From Nostoc punctiforme PCC 73102 (GTDB lineage: Bacteria; Cyanobacteriota; Cyanobacteriia; Cyanobacteriales; Nostocaceae): a stretch of 32,000 nucleotides of DNA. Below, piece after piece: positions 6,995 to 17,309 of the stretch. The notes under the pieces are model-generated. The model did no database searches. It was not told the origin of the DNA and saw only the letters and a program-made list of their open reading frames with translations. How positions within the stretch are numbered: the stretch's first letter is position 1; each line of letters starts with the position of its first letter. The position numbers and the translations under genes were made by a program. The stretch spans positions 6,960,001 through 6,992,000 of the forward strand of contig NC_010628.1 in the NCBI RefSeq assembly GCF_000020025.1, given 5' to 3'.

Positions 6995-9190
6995 TCACTG
7001 CGCTGGCAATTTTGGATGTGTAGTTGAGTACTTTCCTACGATTCCAGAAATCTCAGGGTTGTAAAGTCTCAAATAATTCCAGTAGTTGCCAAATACTTGA
7101 CGTACATAATTTTTGGTTTCATCAAAGGGAATTTGTTCAACAAACTCATCTGGGTCTTGTGTAGTTAAAGTTTGTAGCCATTTGGAGACATTGCCAGGCC
7201 CGGCATTGTAACTAGCGATCGCTAACAACGAGTTATTGTTATATTGCTGATGGGTATGATCCAAATACCATGTACCCAGCATAATATTATCGTTGGGATT
7301 TTCGAGGTTTATTGTTTTGATATCCACCTTAATTTGTGGGGCGATCCATTTAGCTGTACTCGGCAACAGCTGCATTAAGCCAGTAGCATCAGCGACGGAT
7401 TTGATTTTTGGCTCAAACCTTGACTCTTGACGCATCAAAGCAGTTACTAGCAGGGGATTGAGTTTACGCTCAAGAGACCATTTTTCCGTCTCTCGGAGAT
7501 AGGGAAATGGATAACGCGCTTGCCAGTAGGCGATCTGTTTGCTCAGAGTTTGATATTGGGCAAGTTCTGCTGGTGTTTCCCGGTCTTCCAACTTAGAGAT
7601 TTTATCAATTCCAATGAGATTTTCTCCCCTTGCCTGCCGCATCAACCCTTCAGTAAATTGTTCTGCTACTGTTGGCTGAATTTTATTCTGAAATTCCGTT
7701 TCCCATTGCAACCAGGCATCGCGGTCTTGACCCAGCAGATACAATTCTTTGAAAGTCTCAGAACCAGCCGGTGGTAATGAACGCTGGGGTGCGATTACTT
7801 CAGGGTTCATGACGCGCACGTTGTCGAAGTTGCCGACATTAAGCCCCCGCATATTCGCTGCTCGCCAAGCATAGTAAGAGTAGGGAAACTGACTAATTAC
7901 ATAGTCATAAGCAGTTTGAGATTCCTGCTGTTTTCCTAGCGAAGCTGCCCATTTCCCGACCCAAAAGCCTGCTCTTGGAGCCAAAATACTGTTGGGATTG
8001 TTAGTAACAATTGGTTCTGCCCATTGCCAAGCACCGACGTAATCTTTGGCTTTGGCTTTATCTTGGGCGATTTTCCAGCGATACTCTGCGGCTTCATCAG
8101 AATTGCCATATTTGGCTATGAGTAATTGCCACGCCGCGCTAGCTGACTTTTGATCCTTGAGGGTTTCGAGAGTTTTGGCTTTTTGTACTAGTGCAGTAGC
8201 AGCTTGTTTAGGAAATTTACTAATTACCTGCTCAAGATAGGGTAAGCCGTCTTTACCTGTTTTTGCTGTTTCTGCTAACCGTAGTAGTGCAGTCCCAGCT
8301 TCCTCGGTAGTGGGAAATTGCTGTACCAATTGTTTATAAGTGGCGATTGCTATTTCTTTGTCTTTGCCTCCCACCTGTAACCCTCGTGCAGTCCGGTAGA
8401 GATTGCGCGATGTTTTGGGTGCTTTGGCATAAGCATTCGCCGCTTTCAAAAATTGACTATTTTCCCAGTAGCTTGTACCAATGAGTTCCCAATCTTCGGG
8501 TTTGAGGGTAGTCTGTTTGACTAACTGATCTAAAACGCCCACTATGCCTGGTTGATCGTAGGCATAATTAGCCAAAATCAATTGTAATTTTGGCTGATTG
8601 GGGTTTTCTTGCAAGCGTTTACGAATAATTTCCCAAGTTAGAGGATTGGAAGGAAATTGAGCGATCGCAATTTCTTGTTGCTTCGGTTGGGCAATCAGAT
8701 ATATTGCTTTCACCGAAGCCGCTTCTTTGGGATACCGTTTCAGCACACTTTGCCTGAGATCCGAAGCTTTGCCATCTTCGCCCAGCATATCCTCTGCCTG
8801 AGCCTGTTTCAGCAAAATGTAGGGTGCAAGGATGGGATAGTCTTTATCTAATCCTTGGAGTAAAGCCAGGGCTTTTTGGGCTTGGGTTCTTTCAATGTAA
8901 TCACTCGCCAAAAGATAACGAGCGCGATTTCGGTCTGGCGATCGCGACTGCCCTGCGATCGTTGCTAGTTTTGCCGCCCGTTCTGGCAGAGATTGTGATA
9001 TCAGCGGAAAAACGGCTGATTGGGCAATGCTCGCATCAGATGTTTGCTCTGCCTGATTTTTACCCAGTTTGAGCCATTGCCCAACGGTTTTACCAATCTC
9101 AGGTGCTGATACCATTGCCCCAGCTAAAAAGGCAAACAGTGCCGCACCCGCGATTATAGAAATTTGCTTTTTCTGTAGTTTCTTCAGCAT
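6995..9190 (-). CDS. slt: Soluble lytic murein transglycosylase (Slt70-like: superhelical TPR-like N-domain plus SLT catalytic domain)
   Basis: An N-terminal signal or anchor is present (ISIIAGAALFAFLAGAMV). The catalytic block is LMRQESRFEPKIKSVADATGLMQLLPSTA...AIASYNAGPGNVSKW. Confidence 0.88.
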   Translation of the reverse strand: MLKKLQKKQISIIAGAALFAFLAGAMVSAPEIGKTVGQWLKLGKNQAEQTSDASIAQSAVFPLISQSLPERAAKLATIAGQSRSPDRNRARYLLASDYIERTQAQKALALLQGLDKDYPILAPYILLKQAQAEDMLGEDGKASDLRQSVLKRYPKEAASVKAIYLIAQPKQQEIAIAQFPSNPLTWEIIRKRLQENPNQPKLQLILANYAYDQPGIVGVLDQLVKQTTLKPEDWELIGTSYWENSQFLKAANAYAKAPKTSRNLYRTARGLQVGGKDKEIAIATYKQLVQQFPTTEEAGTALLRLAETAKTGKDGLPYLEQVISKFPKQAATALVQKAKTLETLKDQKSASAAWQLLIAKYGNSDEAAEYRWKIAQDKAKAKDYVGAWQWAEPIVTNNPNSILAPRAGFWVGKWAASLGKQQESQTAYDYVISQFPYSYYAWRAANMRGLNVGNFDNVRVMNPEVIAPQRSLPPAGSETFKELYLLGQDRDAWLQWETEFQNKIQPTVAEQFTEGLMRQARGENLIGIDKISKLEDRETPAELAQYQTLSKQIAYWQARYPFPYLRETEKWSLERKLNPLLVTALMRQESRFEPKIKSVADATGLMQLLPSTAKWIAPQIKVDIKTINLENPNDNIMLGTWYLDHTHQQYNNNSLLAIASYNAGPGNVSKWLQTLTTQDPDEFVEQIPFDETKNYVRQVFGNYWNYLRLYNPEISGIVGKYSTTHPKLPAQ

Positions 9191-9560
9191 GAATACCCGC
9201 TGAAAAGTTCCGATGAATTTCCTGAAACTTTAACACTCCTAACCATCAGTATTACCAATTTTTAATTTTAGATTTTTAATTTTATGTACAAAAATACTAA
9301 TTTTCAATCCTATAGTCGAGGGTAATGGGCAAAAATCACAGGTTAATTAATATTACATCTATCTTTAGTATGAGAAATTTAGTTACAGAATTTCATCACA
9401 TGACAAGTCTTGCACAATGGAGGGTCTGCTTTCTCTAACCCTCTAACTGGCGGCTAAGATCCCCCGCCGACGGTGATCCCTTTAAAAAGGGGGTAAAAGA
9501 GGGTTAAAAGCCTCCCTTTTTAAGGGGAGTTGGGGGATATTCAAAAGATTAAAACGTTAA

Positions 9561-9708
9561 AGGACTTCCAAATAAAAAATGTCCCAAAACTGACGAAAAA
9601 CCCTTTCTATTTCTCCTCTCTCTCTGTGTTCTCTGTGTCTCTGTGGTAGCCTGCGGCAAGCCGCTCCGCGTCTACGTTTATTTGGATAATTTATTTCTTG
9701 CAAGTCCC
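9561..9708. repeat. MITE-like element with terminal inverted repeats
   Basis: The inverted repeats are AGGACTTCCAAATAAA (left) and TTTATTTCTTGCAAGTCCCT (right). The core GTGGTAGCCTGCGGCAAGCCG..CGTCTACG (9644-9677) recurs in reverse complement at 20325-20356. Confidence 0.6.
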
Positions 9709-9865
9709 TAACCGAACCGTATTAGGCGATAGGTAGTTTACGAACTTAACTAGATACTTAACTAGATCCTTAACTTTCCTCAATTTACCGTTATCGCCCT
9801 GCCTGAGCAACTCCTATAGATTGAAAGTGTTCTAAAAGACACAGGAAATCAAAGGACAAAACATC

Positions 9866-12800
9866 ATGAGTTCAACAATCACCGAAATCATCTCAATTGT
9901 AAAAGACTCGATCGCAAAAACTGGACAATTCACCCTCAAGGATTCCACAATCAATACGCTTCCCCTCGGCAAATTGATGAATCTTTTAGAGATTCCACAA
10001 CTAGACTTCAACCTTATTGTTAGTGATTCTGAGAATACGATTACGATCGCAGGACAATCCTCGCTTCTGGGTGCTGGGAAGATTGCGATCGAAGCCACAT
10101 TTGGAGAAGTCGATGGTACGGTATCTTTTAGTGTGGGTGCTAAAGATATTTCGTCGTGTTACATTCCCGGAATCAGTTCCTTGGTATTAGAGCAGGGACA
10201 ATTTGCACTACATGTTACCGGAAAAGCTGATGACGTGACTGGGACATTTAGCGGCAGTATTCACGTGGGTGATACGACCATTTCGAATGCAGTATTTGAG
10301 GTTACTAAAAAAGACACTGATATTGTGTTGCATTGGATGATTGCGGAACTAGACCTACCTGCAATCTCAGATGTATTTCTGAATCATGTTTCCTTACCGG
10401 CTGAACTGCCTACTTTTCACTTCAAAGATATTGCGATCGCTATCTCGCCTCAAACAGGCGCATTTTCCTTTGAAATTATTGCTAAGGATCTTTGGGAATT
10501 TCCAGCCAATGGAGGCGATCTGAGTATTAGTGAAGTCAGCCTGACAATTGAGCGAGATCGGCGAGATAGCCTGACTCATTGCGCGATCACAATTCAAAGT
10601 AACGTTGAAAAAGAGATTGTCAACGGCTTGAAAATTAAAGATTTTCAACTCACTTTTGACTTGAAAGGAGAGGATTGGTCAGTTGACGGTAAAGTCAACG
10701 CCGATGTGTTTGATGATTCTGTCACCCTGGAGGCTAGCTACAACCAATCTCAGGCAGGCAAAACCCTGAAGCTGGCGGCTGAGGTTGATATGCATCCTGT
10801 AAATTTAGGGGAAATCAGCTTGAGTCTTTTTGGTTTGGAACTGGAGTTTACCAAACCTGCGGCTCAAGAAGGCGAAGTAGTTCCCCTCGAATGGAGCGTT
10901 GCGGCGGCAGGAAAACTATCGATTCCGGGTGCGATCGAGAGTGATGGCCAACTGACGATTTTTAGAGAAGAGAAAGCCAGGGGACTGCAATTTGAAGCAA
11001 TTCAGGCAGCCGTATCAATTCCGCTTCCGTCTACACAAGGCATGATGGAACTGAACTTTGAGCGTCTGTCAATTTCTGGCAGTTCCAGTGATTGGACATT
11101 TGCTGCTGCTGTCGATCTGGCATTTCAAGGCTTGAATCCCACCGTTCAAGCACATTTGCCGAAAGACCCGATCGCTATGACCTTTACGGCAAGCAAACAG
11201 GGGGTTATCCTGAGCATTGCTAGCAAGAGTGACATTGAGTCGATTTACTTCACCGTCCCACCAATCGAACTAGAGAGCGATCGCATCGAGTTAGGTACTG
11301 CCAAAATTGGGTTTTCTAGCCTCAGTATCCAATTAGGTCGAATTGTCGATCTAGAAGCAGAGTTGAATATCGGTCTACCCTCACAACTGAATAATCTATT
11401 TGGTCGCAAGAAAGACGAGAACGGACACATTGAAAACGATGCCGATGGCAACCCACTTCCAGCAGTAGAGTTCTTCCGCACCCTCGATTTACATGACGAA
11501 GCTGATACAACGGTGCAAGTGAAGCTCGTGATTAGTAAAGCAGGAATTACGCTCCTTCCTGAAACATCTTTTATTAAGGCCATCGAGTCGCAGACTGACG
11601 CAACTGGAAAATCTTTTTGGCATTGTGATTTCGGTGAATACGGTGAGATTAACGTCGATGTACCCAACTTTAGCTACACCGGATCAAGCTTTGCTGCCAG
11701 TGGTGGATTTGAGGTAGTCAAACCCTTGGCTTTACCACTAACCCCAATTCAGCATTTGTTAGCAGCTTGTAAACTTCCTGGTGCTGCCGCCATGCTGCCA
11801 GATCGTTTGCCTCTCGATCAAGAAATCAATGCTGAGAACTTTGTGGACAAGCTCACCGAACGTCTAGAAGCCTTACTTGCCAAGCTCGGTAGCGGCAAAC
11901 TGTCTAATGCAGCCAAAGAAGTTCTAGAGACTATCTCCCAAAGCTTCCACAAGCTCCCCACAAGCTTCATGGAATACCTCAACTTTAAAATGCCGCAAAG
12001 CTTCCAGTTTGAGGTTGCCGCCTCGCCTGCTGGAGCCTTGCAGTTTAAAGCTAGCGTCAAAAAAGACGATCCGCCAATTAAATTGCTGTTTCCTAGCTTG
12101 ATGCTGGGGATGCCTGTTCTCAATGGTGTGACGCTTCGCAGCATTTCCTTTGGTGAAACCGCAGGCGGACAGTTGTTCTTGCTAGAAATGGACGCTGATA
12201 TTGATCAGTTTGATTTAGCTACCTTAGTTGCTGCGATCGCATTGCCTGAAGATCGCGATCCGCTACCTAGTACTCAAGCAATACAACGTCGCTTGCGGTT
12301 AAACAATACGGTGATGGTGCTACCGCTTGAATTTCCGGTACCGATTCCCATGTTCTACGACAATATTGGTATCGAGTATCTGGGCTTAGAAGGCTTAACG
12401 CTCCAAGCACACGCCCAATTTCCTAAGCCGACAGTTGAACTTCAGAAAATTAGTAACTTGCTGTCTGATATCAAAGAGTTCTTCACTAACTCTGACCACC
12501 CAATTCCAAATCAGCTTCCTGTAGAATTCAAATTCTCGCTCAATCAAAACTATCTCCAACTTCCCAAGTATCTTGGCGGTCAAGCGCTAGGTACTCAAGG
12601 AGATGGACCCACCCTAGATGACAAAGATATAGTGCATCTACTCCAGGGGATAAGAACCTTGTCAGTGAATGAGTTGATTCAGGCATTACCACTAAATCAG
12701 CGCGTGGGCAGTACCCAGGTTTCCTTTGGGCCACTGTCTAGCAGTTTAGGCTGGCTGGTGACAACCCCTGATGAATTTAGTCAAATTATTACCCAACCAA

Positions 12801-15295
12801 CATCGAAAGCGATCGCTTATTCTGCTTTGGGATTGACCACAGATTTGCAAGCAACTCAAATTTTATCAGTGCTGCCTTCTGCCTCAACCGCCAATGAGCA
12901 GGGTATTGTCGCCTTTCTGCGAGGTAACTTTAATGTCGGTAGCGCCAAACTAGACACTGTTTTTGGTCTAGCTGCTTCTTCTAAGGGATTCAAGACCGGA
13001 TTCGAGATCAAAGGTGCGATCGCGAAAGTTGTCACCCTAAATTTAGCAGGAGCGATCGCCATCGCATCTCCAAAAATCGCGCCTCCCACATCCTATGCGC
13101 TGGCATTTAACGGGCAGAGCGATTACGTTAAACTCAATAATCCTGCCGCTTTGAATTTTACCGGAGCAATCACCATCTCTGCGTGGATCAAACCCGATGC
13201 GATCGATGGATTACAAAACATCGTTGCTCACGGCTATACCTCATCTCCAAGCGGAGAGGTCTACCTCAGAATTCTCAATGGACAATACCAATTTGGTTAT
13301 TGGGGATTAAACAGTCTTCCTTTTGAACAACTGGTTGCTGCATCGATTCCGGCTGAAGATGTGGGGAACTGGGTCTATCTAACCGGCGTGTTTGATGGTG
13401 GAATGTGGCGGCTATACCGGAATGGTCTACTCATGAATGCAGTTGCTGGTTCTCAAGGAGCGATCCAAGTTAGCGAGAACTGGGCGATCGGAGCCAGAGG
13501 AACGGGAACAGAGCGATTCTTCAAAGGGAAAATTGCCGATGTCCAAATTTGGAATAGGGCGCGTTCTCTCGAAGAAATTGGCGCAGCAATGATGCGATCG
13601 CCCAAGGGCAATGAACCCGGATTAATTGGCTACTGGCAACTTAACGAAGGTTCGGGCACAGTGGCGCACGATGCCACCGCAAACGCCAATCATGGGCAGC
13701 TTCAGGGAACTCAATGGCAGCTAATCACTGCTAATAATACTGCTTTCCGTTTAGATGGAAGCAGCAGTCTGTCGATCCCGCTGCTGAATTCAGAACGACC
13801 AATTTCTAAGGGTCAGGTGCAATTAATCGACAATCAAAACAATCATCAGTTCCACTATGAAGGCGATTTGCAGCTATTTTCCAGCAATTCTCTCTTGAAA
13901 GTGAACGGCAACCTGAAAGGCGACATCAACGATAAAACTTATCGCTTCTCTGGGGATGTCACAACCTCACTAGCGGGTTTAACGCTGCTAGGTGCAAAAG
14001 CCTTAATTGAAAACGATCTCGTTTGGTTAGAAGGAACCTGGCTTGGAAACCAAACTAAGCTCACTCTCCAAACTGCCGATAAAGCTTGGCAGATAAAGGG
14101 TATAGCAGGGTTTAATCTGCCGAACCTTAGCGTTGATTTAGGAGTTGTCAACAAAGTGGTTGGCAGCAATCTCATCAAGGTTGCAGATAACCTTTCAATT
14201 AACGTTGCGGCAAATCTGTCTTTAGATATCACTCTGAGTAACAACGGATTTTCCGCCACTGTTTCGCCTAACTGTACATTGAATGGTCAAAAACTCCCCC
14301 TATCATCCTTTACAATTACTGTTGCTCCATCTACTTTGGAGGCTTTAGCCGAACAGATCAAACAGAAGATCAAAGAGCAAGCTAGTCAAATTTTTGATAT
14401 GCTGTTCCCAAATGCCCAAGCTTGGCTGGATGGCATTAGCTCCAAAGCGATCGCCTGGACAACGAATGCCTACGCTGATATGGGTAAGGTTCTGGGAAGC
14501 ATCTACGGTCAGAGTGCTAGCCAAGCCGTTAGTTTGCTCAAGGGTGCAAAATATGATGTAGATACAGTGGGACATGTTCTCAAGGAAGGGTTTGGCAAGA
14601 CATCTGACGAAGTTACCCAAATTCTTCATGATGCTCAATACTCAGCCATTGAAGTAGGGCAGACCCTAAATCGTGTCTTTGGCAAAGGGGCAAATGAGGT
14701 CACTTCCGCTCTGAAAGCTGTAGGTTACAAGGCAACTGATGTTGGGCAAATGCTCGTGAGTGTCTTTAATGCTACCGATAATCAGGTCGCCTCATTCCTC
14801 AAAACCGCAGGTTATACCGCATCTCAAGTGGGACAGGTGCTCTCTGATGTTTTCCACGAAAGCAGCCAAGCAACTGCTCAAATTCTCAAGAATGTCGGCT
14901 ACACCGTATCTGAGGTGGGACAGGCACTCGCTGATGTCTTCCAGCAAGGCAGCCAAGCAACTGCTCAAATTCTCAAGAATATTGGCTACACTGCATCTGA
15001 GGTGGGACAGGTACTCTCTAATGTCTTCCGCCAAAGCGACCAAGCAACTGCTCAAATTCTTAAGAATCTCGGCTACAACGCATCTGAAGTGGGACAGGTA
15101 CTCAAAAACGTTTTTGGTAAGAGTGCGAATGATGCAGCTTCAATCCTCAGTAACGTTGGCTACTCAATCATAGATGTTGCTCGCGTACTTAAGGATACAT
15201 TCCAGCAGGGCAAAGATTCAGTCTGGAATTTTCTCAAACGAATAGGGGTTTCTATTTGGGATATCCCCAAAATTATCAAAGCTTTGTTTGGTTAA
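9866..15295 (+). CDS. Giant (1809 aa) multidomain protein of unknown function, with an N-terminal ~1070 aa lacking any motif I recognise, a LamG/concanavalin-A-like lectin domain and nine 29-aa C-terminal repeats
   Basis: This is a single uninterrupted ORF with no signal peptide (MSSTITEIISIVKDS). The LamG-type block at about 13090-13700 reads ALAFNGQSDYVKLN...ITISAWIKPD...WVYLTGVFDG..WRLYRNG...FKGKIADVQIWNRARSLEEI. The repeats span 14513-15292, with consensus SQATAQILKNVGYTASEVGQVLSDVFQQG. Confidence 0.85.
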   Translation: MSSTITEIISIVKDSIAKTGQFTLKDSTINTLPLGKLMNLLEIPQLDFNLIVSDSENTITIAGQSSLLGAGKIAIEATFGEVDGTVSFSVGAKDISSCYIPGISSLVLEQGQFALHVTGKADDVTGTFSGSIHVGDTTISNAVFEVTKKDTDIVLHWMIAELDLPAISDVFLNHVSLPAELPTFHFKDIAIAISPQTGAFSFEIIAKDLWEFPANGGDLSISEVSLTIERDRRDSLTHCAITIQSNVEKEIVNGLKIKDFQLTFDLKGEDWSVDGKVNADVFDDSVTLEASYNQSQAGKTLKLAAEVDMHPVNLGEISLSLFGLELEFTKPAAQEGEVVPLEWSVAAAGKLSIPGAIESDGQLTIFREEKARGLQFEAIQAAVSIPLPSTQGMMELNFERLSISGSSSDWTFAAAVDLAFQGLNPTVQAHLPKDPIAMTFTASKQGVILSIASKSDIESIYFTVPPIELESDRIELGTAKIGFSSLSIQLGRIVDLEAELNIGLPSQLNNLFGRKKDENGHIENDADGNPLPAVEFFRTLDLHDEADTTVQVKLVISKAGITLLPETSFIKAIESQTDATGKSFWHCDFGEYGEINVDVPNFSYTGSSFAASGGFEVVKPLALPLTPIQHLLAACKLPGAAAMLPDRLPLDQEINAENFVDKLTERLEALLAKLGSGKLSNAAKEVLETISQSFHKLPTSFMEYLNFKMPQSFQFEVAASPAGALQFKASVKKDDPPIKLLFPSLMLGMPVLNGVTLRSISFGETAGGQLFLLEMDADIDQFDLATLVAAIALPEDRDPLPSTQAIQRRLRLNNTVMVLPLEFPVPIPMFYDNIGIEYLGLEGLTLQAHAQFPKPTVELQKISNLLSDIKEFFTNSDHPIPNQLPVEFKFSLNQNYLQLPKYLGGQALGTQGDGPTLDDKDIVHLLQGIRTLSVNELIQALPLNQRVGSTQVSFGPLSSSLGWLVTTPDEFSQIITQPTSKAIAYSALGLTTDLQATQILSVLPSASTANEQGIVAFLRGNFNVGSAKLDTVFGLAASSKGFKTGFEIKGAIAKVVTLNLAGAIAIASPKIAPPTSYALAFNGQSDYVKLNNPAALNFTGAITISAWIKPDAIDGLQNIVAHGYTSSPSGEVYLRILNGQYQFGYWGLNSLPFEQLVAASIPAEDVGNWVYLTGVFDGGMWRLYRNGLLMNAVAGSQGAIQVSENWAIGARGTGTERFFKGKIADVQIWNRARSLEEIGAAMMRSPKGNEPGLIGYWQLNEGSGTVAHDATANANHGQLQGTQWQLITANNTAFRLDGSSSLSIPLLNSERPISKGQVQLIDNQNNHQFHYEGDLQLFSSNSLLKVNGNLKGDINDKTYRFSGDVTTSLAGLTLLGAKALIENDLVWLEGTWLGNQTKLTLQTADKAWQIKGIAGFNLPNLSVDLGVVNKVVGSNLIKVADNLSINVAANLSLDITLSNNGFSATVSPNCTLNGQKLPLSSFTITVAPSTLEALAEQIKQKIKEQASQIFDMLFPNAQAWLDGISSKAIAWTTNAYADMGKVLGSIYGQSASQAVSLLKGAKYDVDTVGHVLKEGFGKTSDEVTQILHDAQYSAIEVGQTLNRVFGKGANEVTSALKAVGYKATDVGQMLVSVFNATDNQVASFLKTAGYTASQVGQVLSDVFHESSQATAQILKNVGYTVSEVGQALADVFQQGSQATAQILKNIGYTASEVGQVLSNVFRQSDQATAQILKNLGYNASEVGQVLKNVFGKSANDAASILSNVGYSIIDVARVLKDTFQQGKDSVWNFLKRIGVSIWDIPKIIKALFG

Positions 15296-15323
15296 GCGAG
15301 GTTAAGTCTAATCGGCAATCATG

Positions 15324-15348
15324 GGGTGGGCACTGCTCACCCTTTTTT
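15324..15348 (+). terminator. Rho-independent terminator of the giant gene
   Basis: The stem-loop GGGTGGG-CACTG-CTCACCC is followed by TTTTTT, 29 nt after the stop codon. Confidence 0.7.
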
Positions 15349-15425
15349 CTTAACCGTAGTAGAAAAGCTGTCCACAGTCTCCTAGATTAGAGATAATATT
15401 TCCAAAGCAATAACTCTCAAAAGTC

Positions 15426-16046
15426 ATGACTCAAGCTATACCCAAGCTAATAACCTTTGAGGAATTTGCCGATTGGCTACCCGACAATCGACGAGTCCGC
15501 TACGAACTACATAAAGGACAAATTGTTGAGATGGCACAACCAGTAGGGGAACACGAAGATGTTAAAGGATTTTTGACGATAAAGCTTAGTGCTTCAATTG
15601 ACCGATTAAACCTGCCTTACAGTATCCCCAACCAAGCTATAGTTAGACCTCCTGAAAAAGATTCTGGTTACTTACCAGATGTATTGGTGCTAAACCGTGC
15701 CAATCTGGTAAACGAAGAATTATGGAAAAAACAATCTACCGTTAGTTTGGGTGCATCGATCCCTTTGGTAATTGAGGTTGTATCAACTAACTGGCGGGAT
15801 GATTACTATTTAAAATACGCTGATTACGAAGAGATGGGTATCCCAGAATACTGGATTGTCGATTATGCTGCTTTGGGTGGACGCAATTTTATCGGCAATC
15901 CTAAACAACCGACAATTACCGTTTGTAACTTGGTTGATGAGGAATATCAAATAAGTAAGTTTAGAGATAACGATCGCATTATCTCCCAAACCTTTCCCGA
16001 ATTGAATCTCACCCCAAACCAGATTTTTCAAGCTGCTGTAATCTAG
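15426..16046 (+). CDS. Uma2 family (DUF820) putative restriction-endonuclease-fold protein
   Basis: The sequence ITFEEFADWLPDN..RYELHKGQIVEM...PDVLVL...LVIEVVS...YEEMGIPEYWIVD is typical of the highly expanded cyanobacterial Uma2 family. Confidence 0.85.
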   Translation: MTQAIPKLITFEEFADWLPDNRRVRYELHKGQIVEMAQPVGEHEDVKGFLTIKLSASIDRLNLPYSIPNQAIVRPPEKDSGYLPDVLVLNRANLVNEELWKKQSTVSLGASIPLVIEVVSTNWRDDYYLKYADYEEMGIPEYWIVDYAALGGRNFIGNPKQPTITVCNLVDEEYQISKFRDNDRIISQTFPELNLTPNQIFQAAVI

Positions 16047-16049
16047 CGT

Positions 16050-17309
16050 TTATCGTTTTGCCAATTCTGGAGTCCGCCCTTTCAAGCCAATCATCAACTT
16101 CAGCATAAACACCTTTAAAAGGGGTACTCGTTGCAAAAACCATAAACCCAAGCGACGAACCACCACTACAGGTAAGAAGTTATTAGAAAACATCCGATCT
16201 AACAAATCGGTGAAACCTAAAATAGTCAGGTTTTCCAACTTGCGCCAGCGTTCATAACCTTTAAGAATTTGAATGTCGCCAATATCTTTACCCGCTTGGT
16301 GCGCTGTTTGGATTACTTGCGCCAAAGCTGCTGCATCCCGAATTCCCAAATTTAAACCTTGTCCACCCACAGGATGGCAATTGTGCGCCGCATCACCAAT
16401 TAATGCCAGTCGGGGGAGAACATAGCGATCGCTTTGCATGAGTTGTACCTGGAATACAAAGCGATCGCCTAGTAATTCCAATTTCCCCATCTGATCGCCA
16501 TAACGACGGGTGAGTTCTGCTAAAAATTGCTCATCATCTAAGGCACACAAAGCTTTTGCTTCTTCGTGAGGGGCTGTCCACACAATGCGGCAACGGTTCT
16601 CTGGTAAAGGTAAAATCGCAAAGGGCCCGCTAGACCAAAATCTTTCGTAAGCGGTGTTATTGTGAGGTTTTTCTGGTTTGACAAATGCCACGATGCAAGA
16701 CTGCCAATATTTCCAGCCGGAGGTTTTAATACCAGCAGCTTGACGAATTGGCGATCGCGCCCCATCTGCTGCTATCAGTAATTTGCTGCGAACTGTGTAT
16801 AACTGATCGGCTACTTTAATATCTACTGCGACTATATCTTTCTGGTACTGTGTATTTACCACTTCAGCCGGACACAGATATGTCACATTTGGACAATCTT
16901 GGACAAACTCCTGCAAAGGCTGCAACAGCGCTTGGTGTTCCGCCACATAACCCAACTCTGCTGTATGTATATCATCTGTGGTAAATTCCACCACGTTGGG
17001 ATAATCGGCATCAGAAAGACGAACTCGGCGATATTTGGCGATTTGAGGCAATATTTTGTCCCAAACTCCAATTCCTTGGTAAATTAACGCCGAAAGCTGA
17101 TGAACTGCATAAGCTTGTCCCTTAGCTACCGCCGCTGATGCGACTTTCGCCTCAATCAGCAAGATACTCAAGCCAGAATCTTTTAAAGCAGAGGCTAGAG
17201 TTAACCCAATAATCCCACCGCCGACAATTACCAAATCATATTCATATCCCCGCAAGTCTGGCGGTGTTGGTTGAGGGGAGAGAGGTTGCTCAAGCTGCGT
17301 TAGGGCCAT
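16050..17309 (-). CDS. FAD-dependent hydroxylase/monooxygenase, UbiH/UbiF/COQ6 family
   Basis: The dinucleotide-binding motif is YDLVIVGGGIIGLTLA. Other matching motifs are ADGARSPIR and LIGDAAHNCHPVGGQGLNLGIRDA. Confidence 0.88.
   Translation of the reverse strand: MALTQLEQPLSPQPTPPDLRGYEYDLVIVGGGIIGLTLASALKDSGLSILLIEAKVASAAVAKGQAYAVHQLSALIYQGIGVWDKILPQIAKYRRVRLSDADYPNVVEFTTDDIHTAELGYVAEHQALLQPLQEFVQDCPNVTYLCPAEVVNTQYQKDIVAVDIKVADQLYTVRSKLLIAADGARSPIRQAAGIKTSGWKYWQSCIVAFVKPEKPHNNTAYERFWSSGPFAILPLPENRCRIVWTAPHEEAKALCALDDEQFLAELTRRYGDQMGKLELLGDRFVFQVQLMQSDRYVLPRLALIGDAAHNCHPVGGQGLNLGIRDAAALAQVIQTAHQAGKDIGDIQILKGYERWRKLENLTILGFTDLLDRMFSNNFLPVVVVRRLGLWFLQRVPLLKVFMLKLMIGLKGRTPELAKR

Noticed and set aside
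14760-15173. ORFs in an alternative frame (14760-15173, plus strand) and antisense (14792-15055, minus strand) within the giant gene
   Set aside because: They lie inside the 87-bp repeat region of the 1809-aa gene. The periodic sequence keeps alternative frames open. The long ORF with clear domain content is the real gene.
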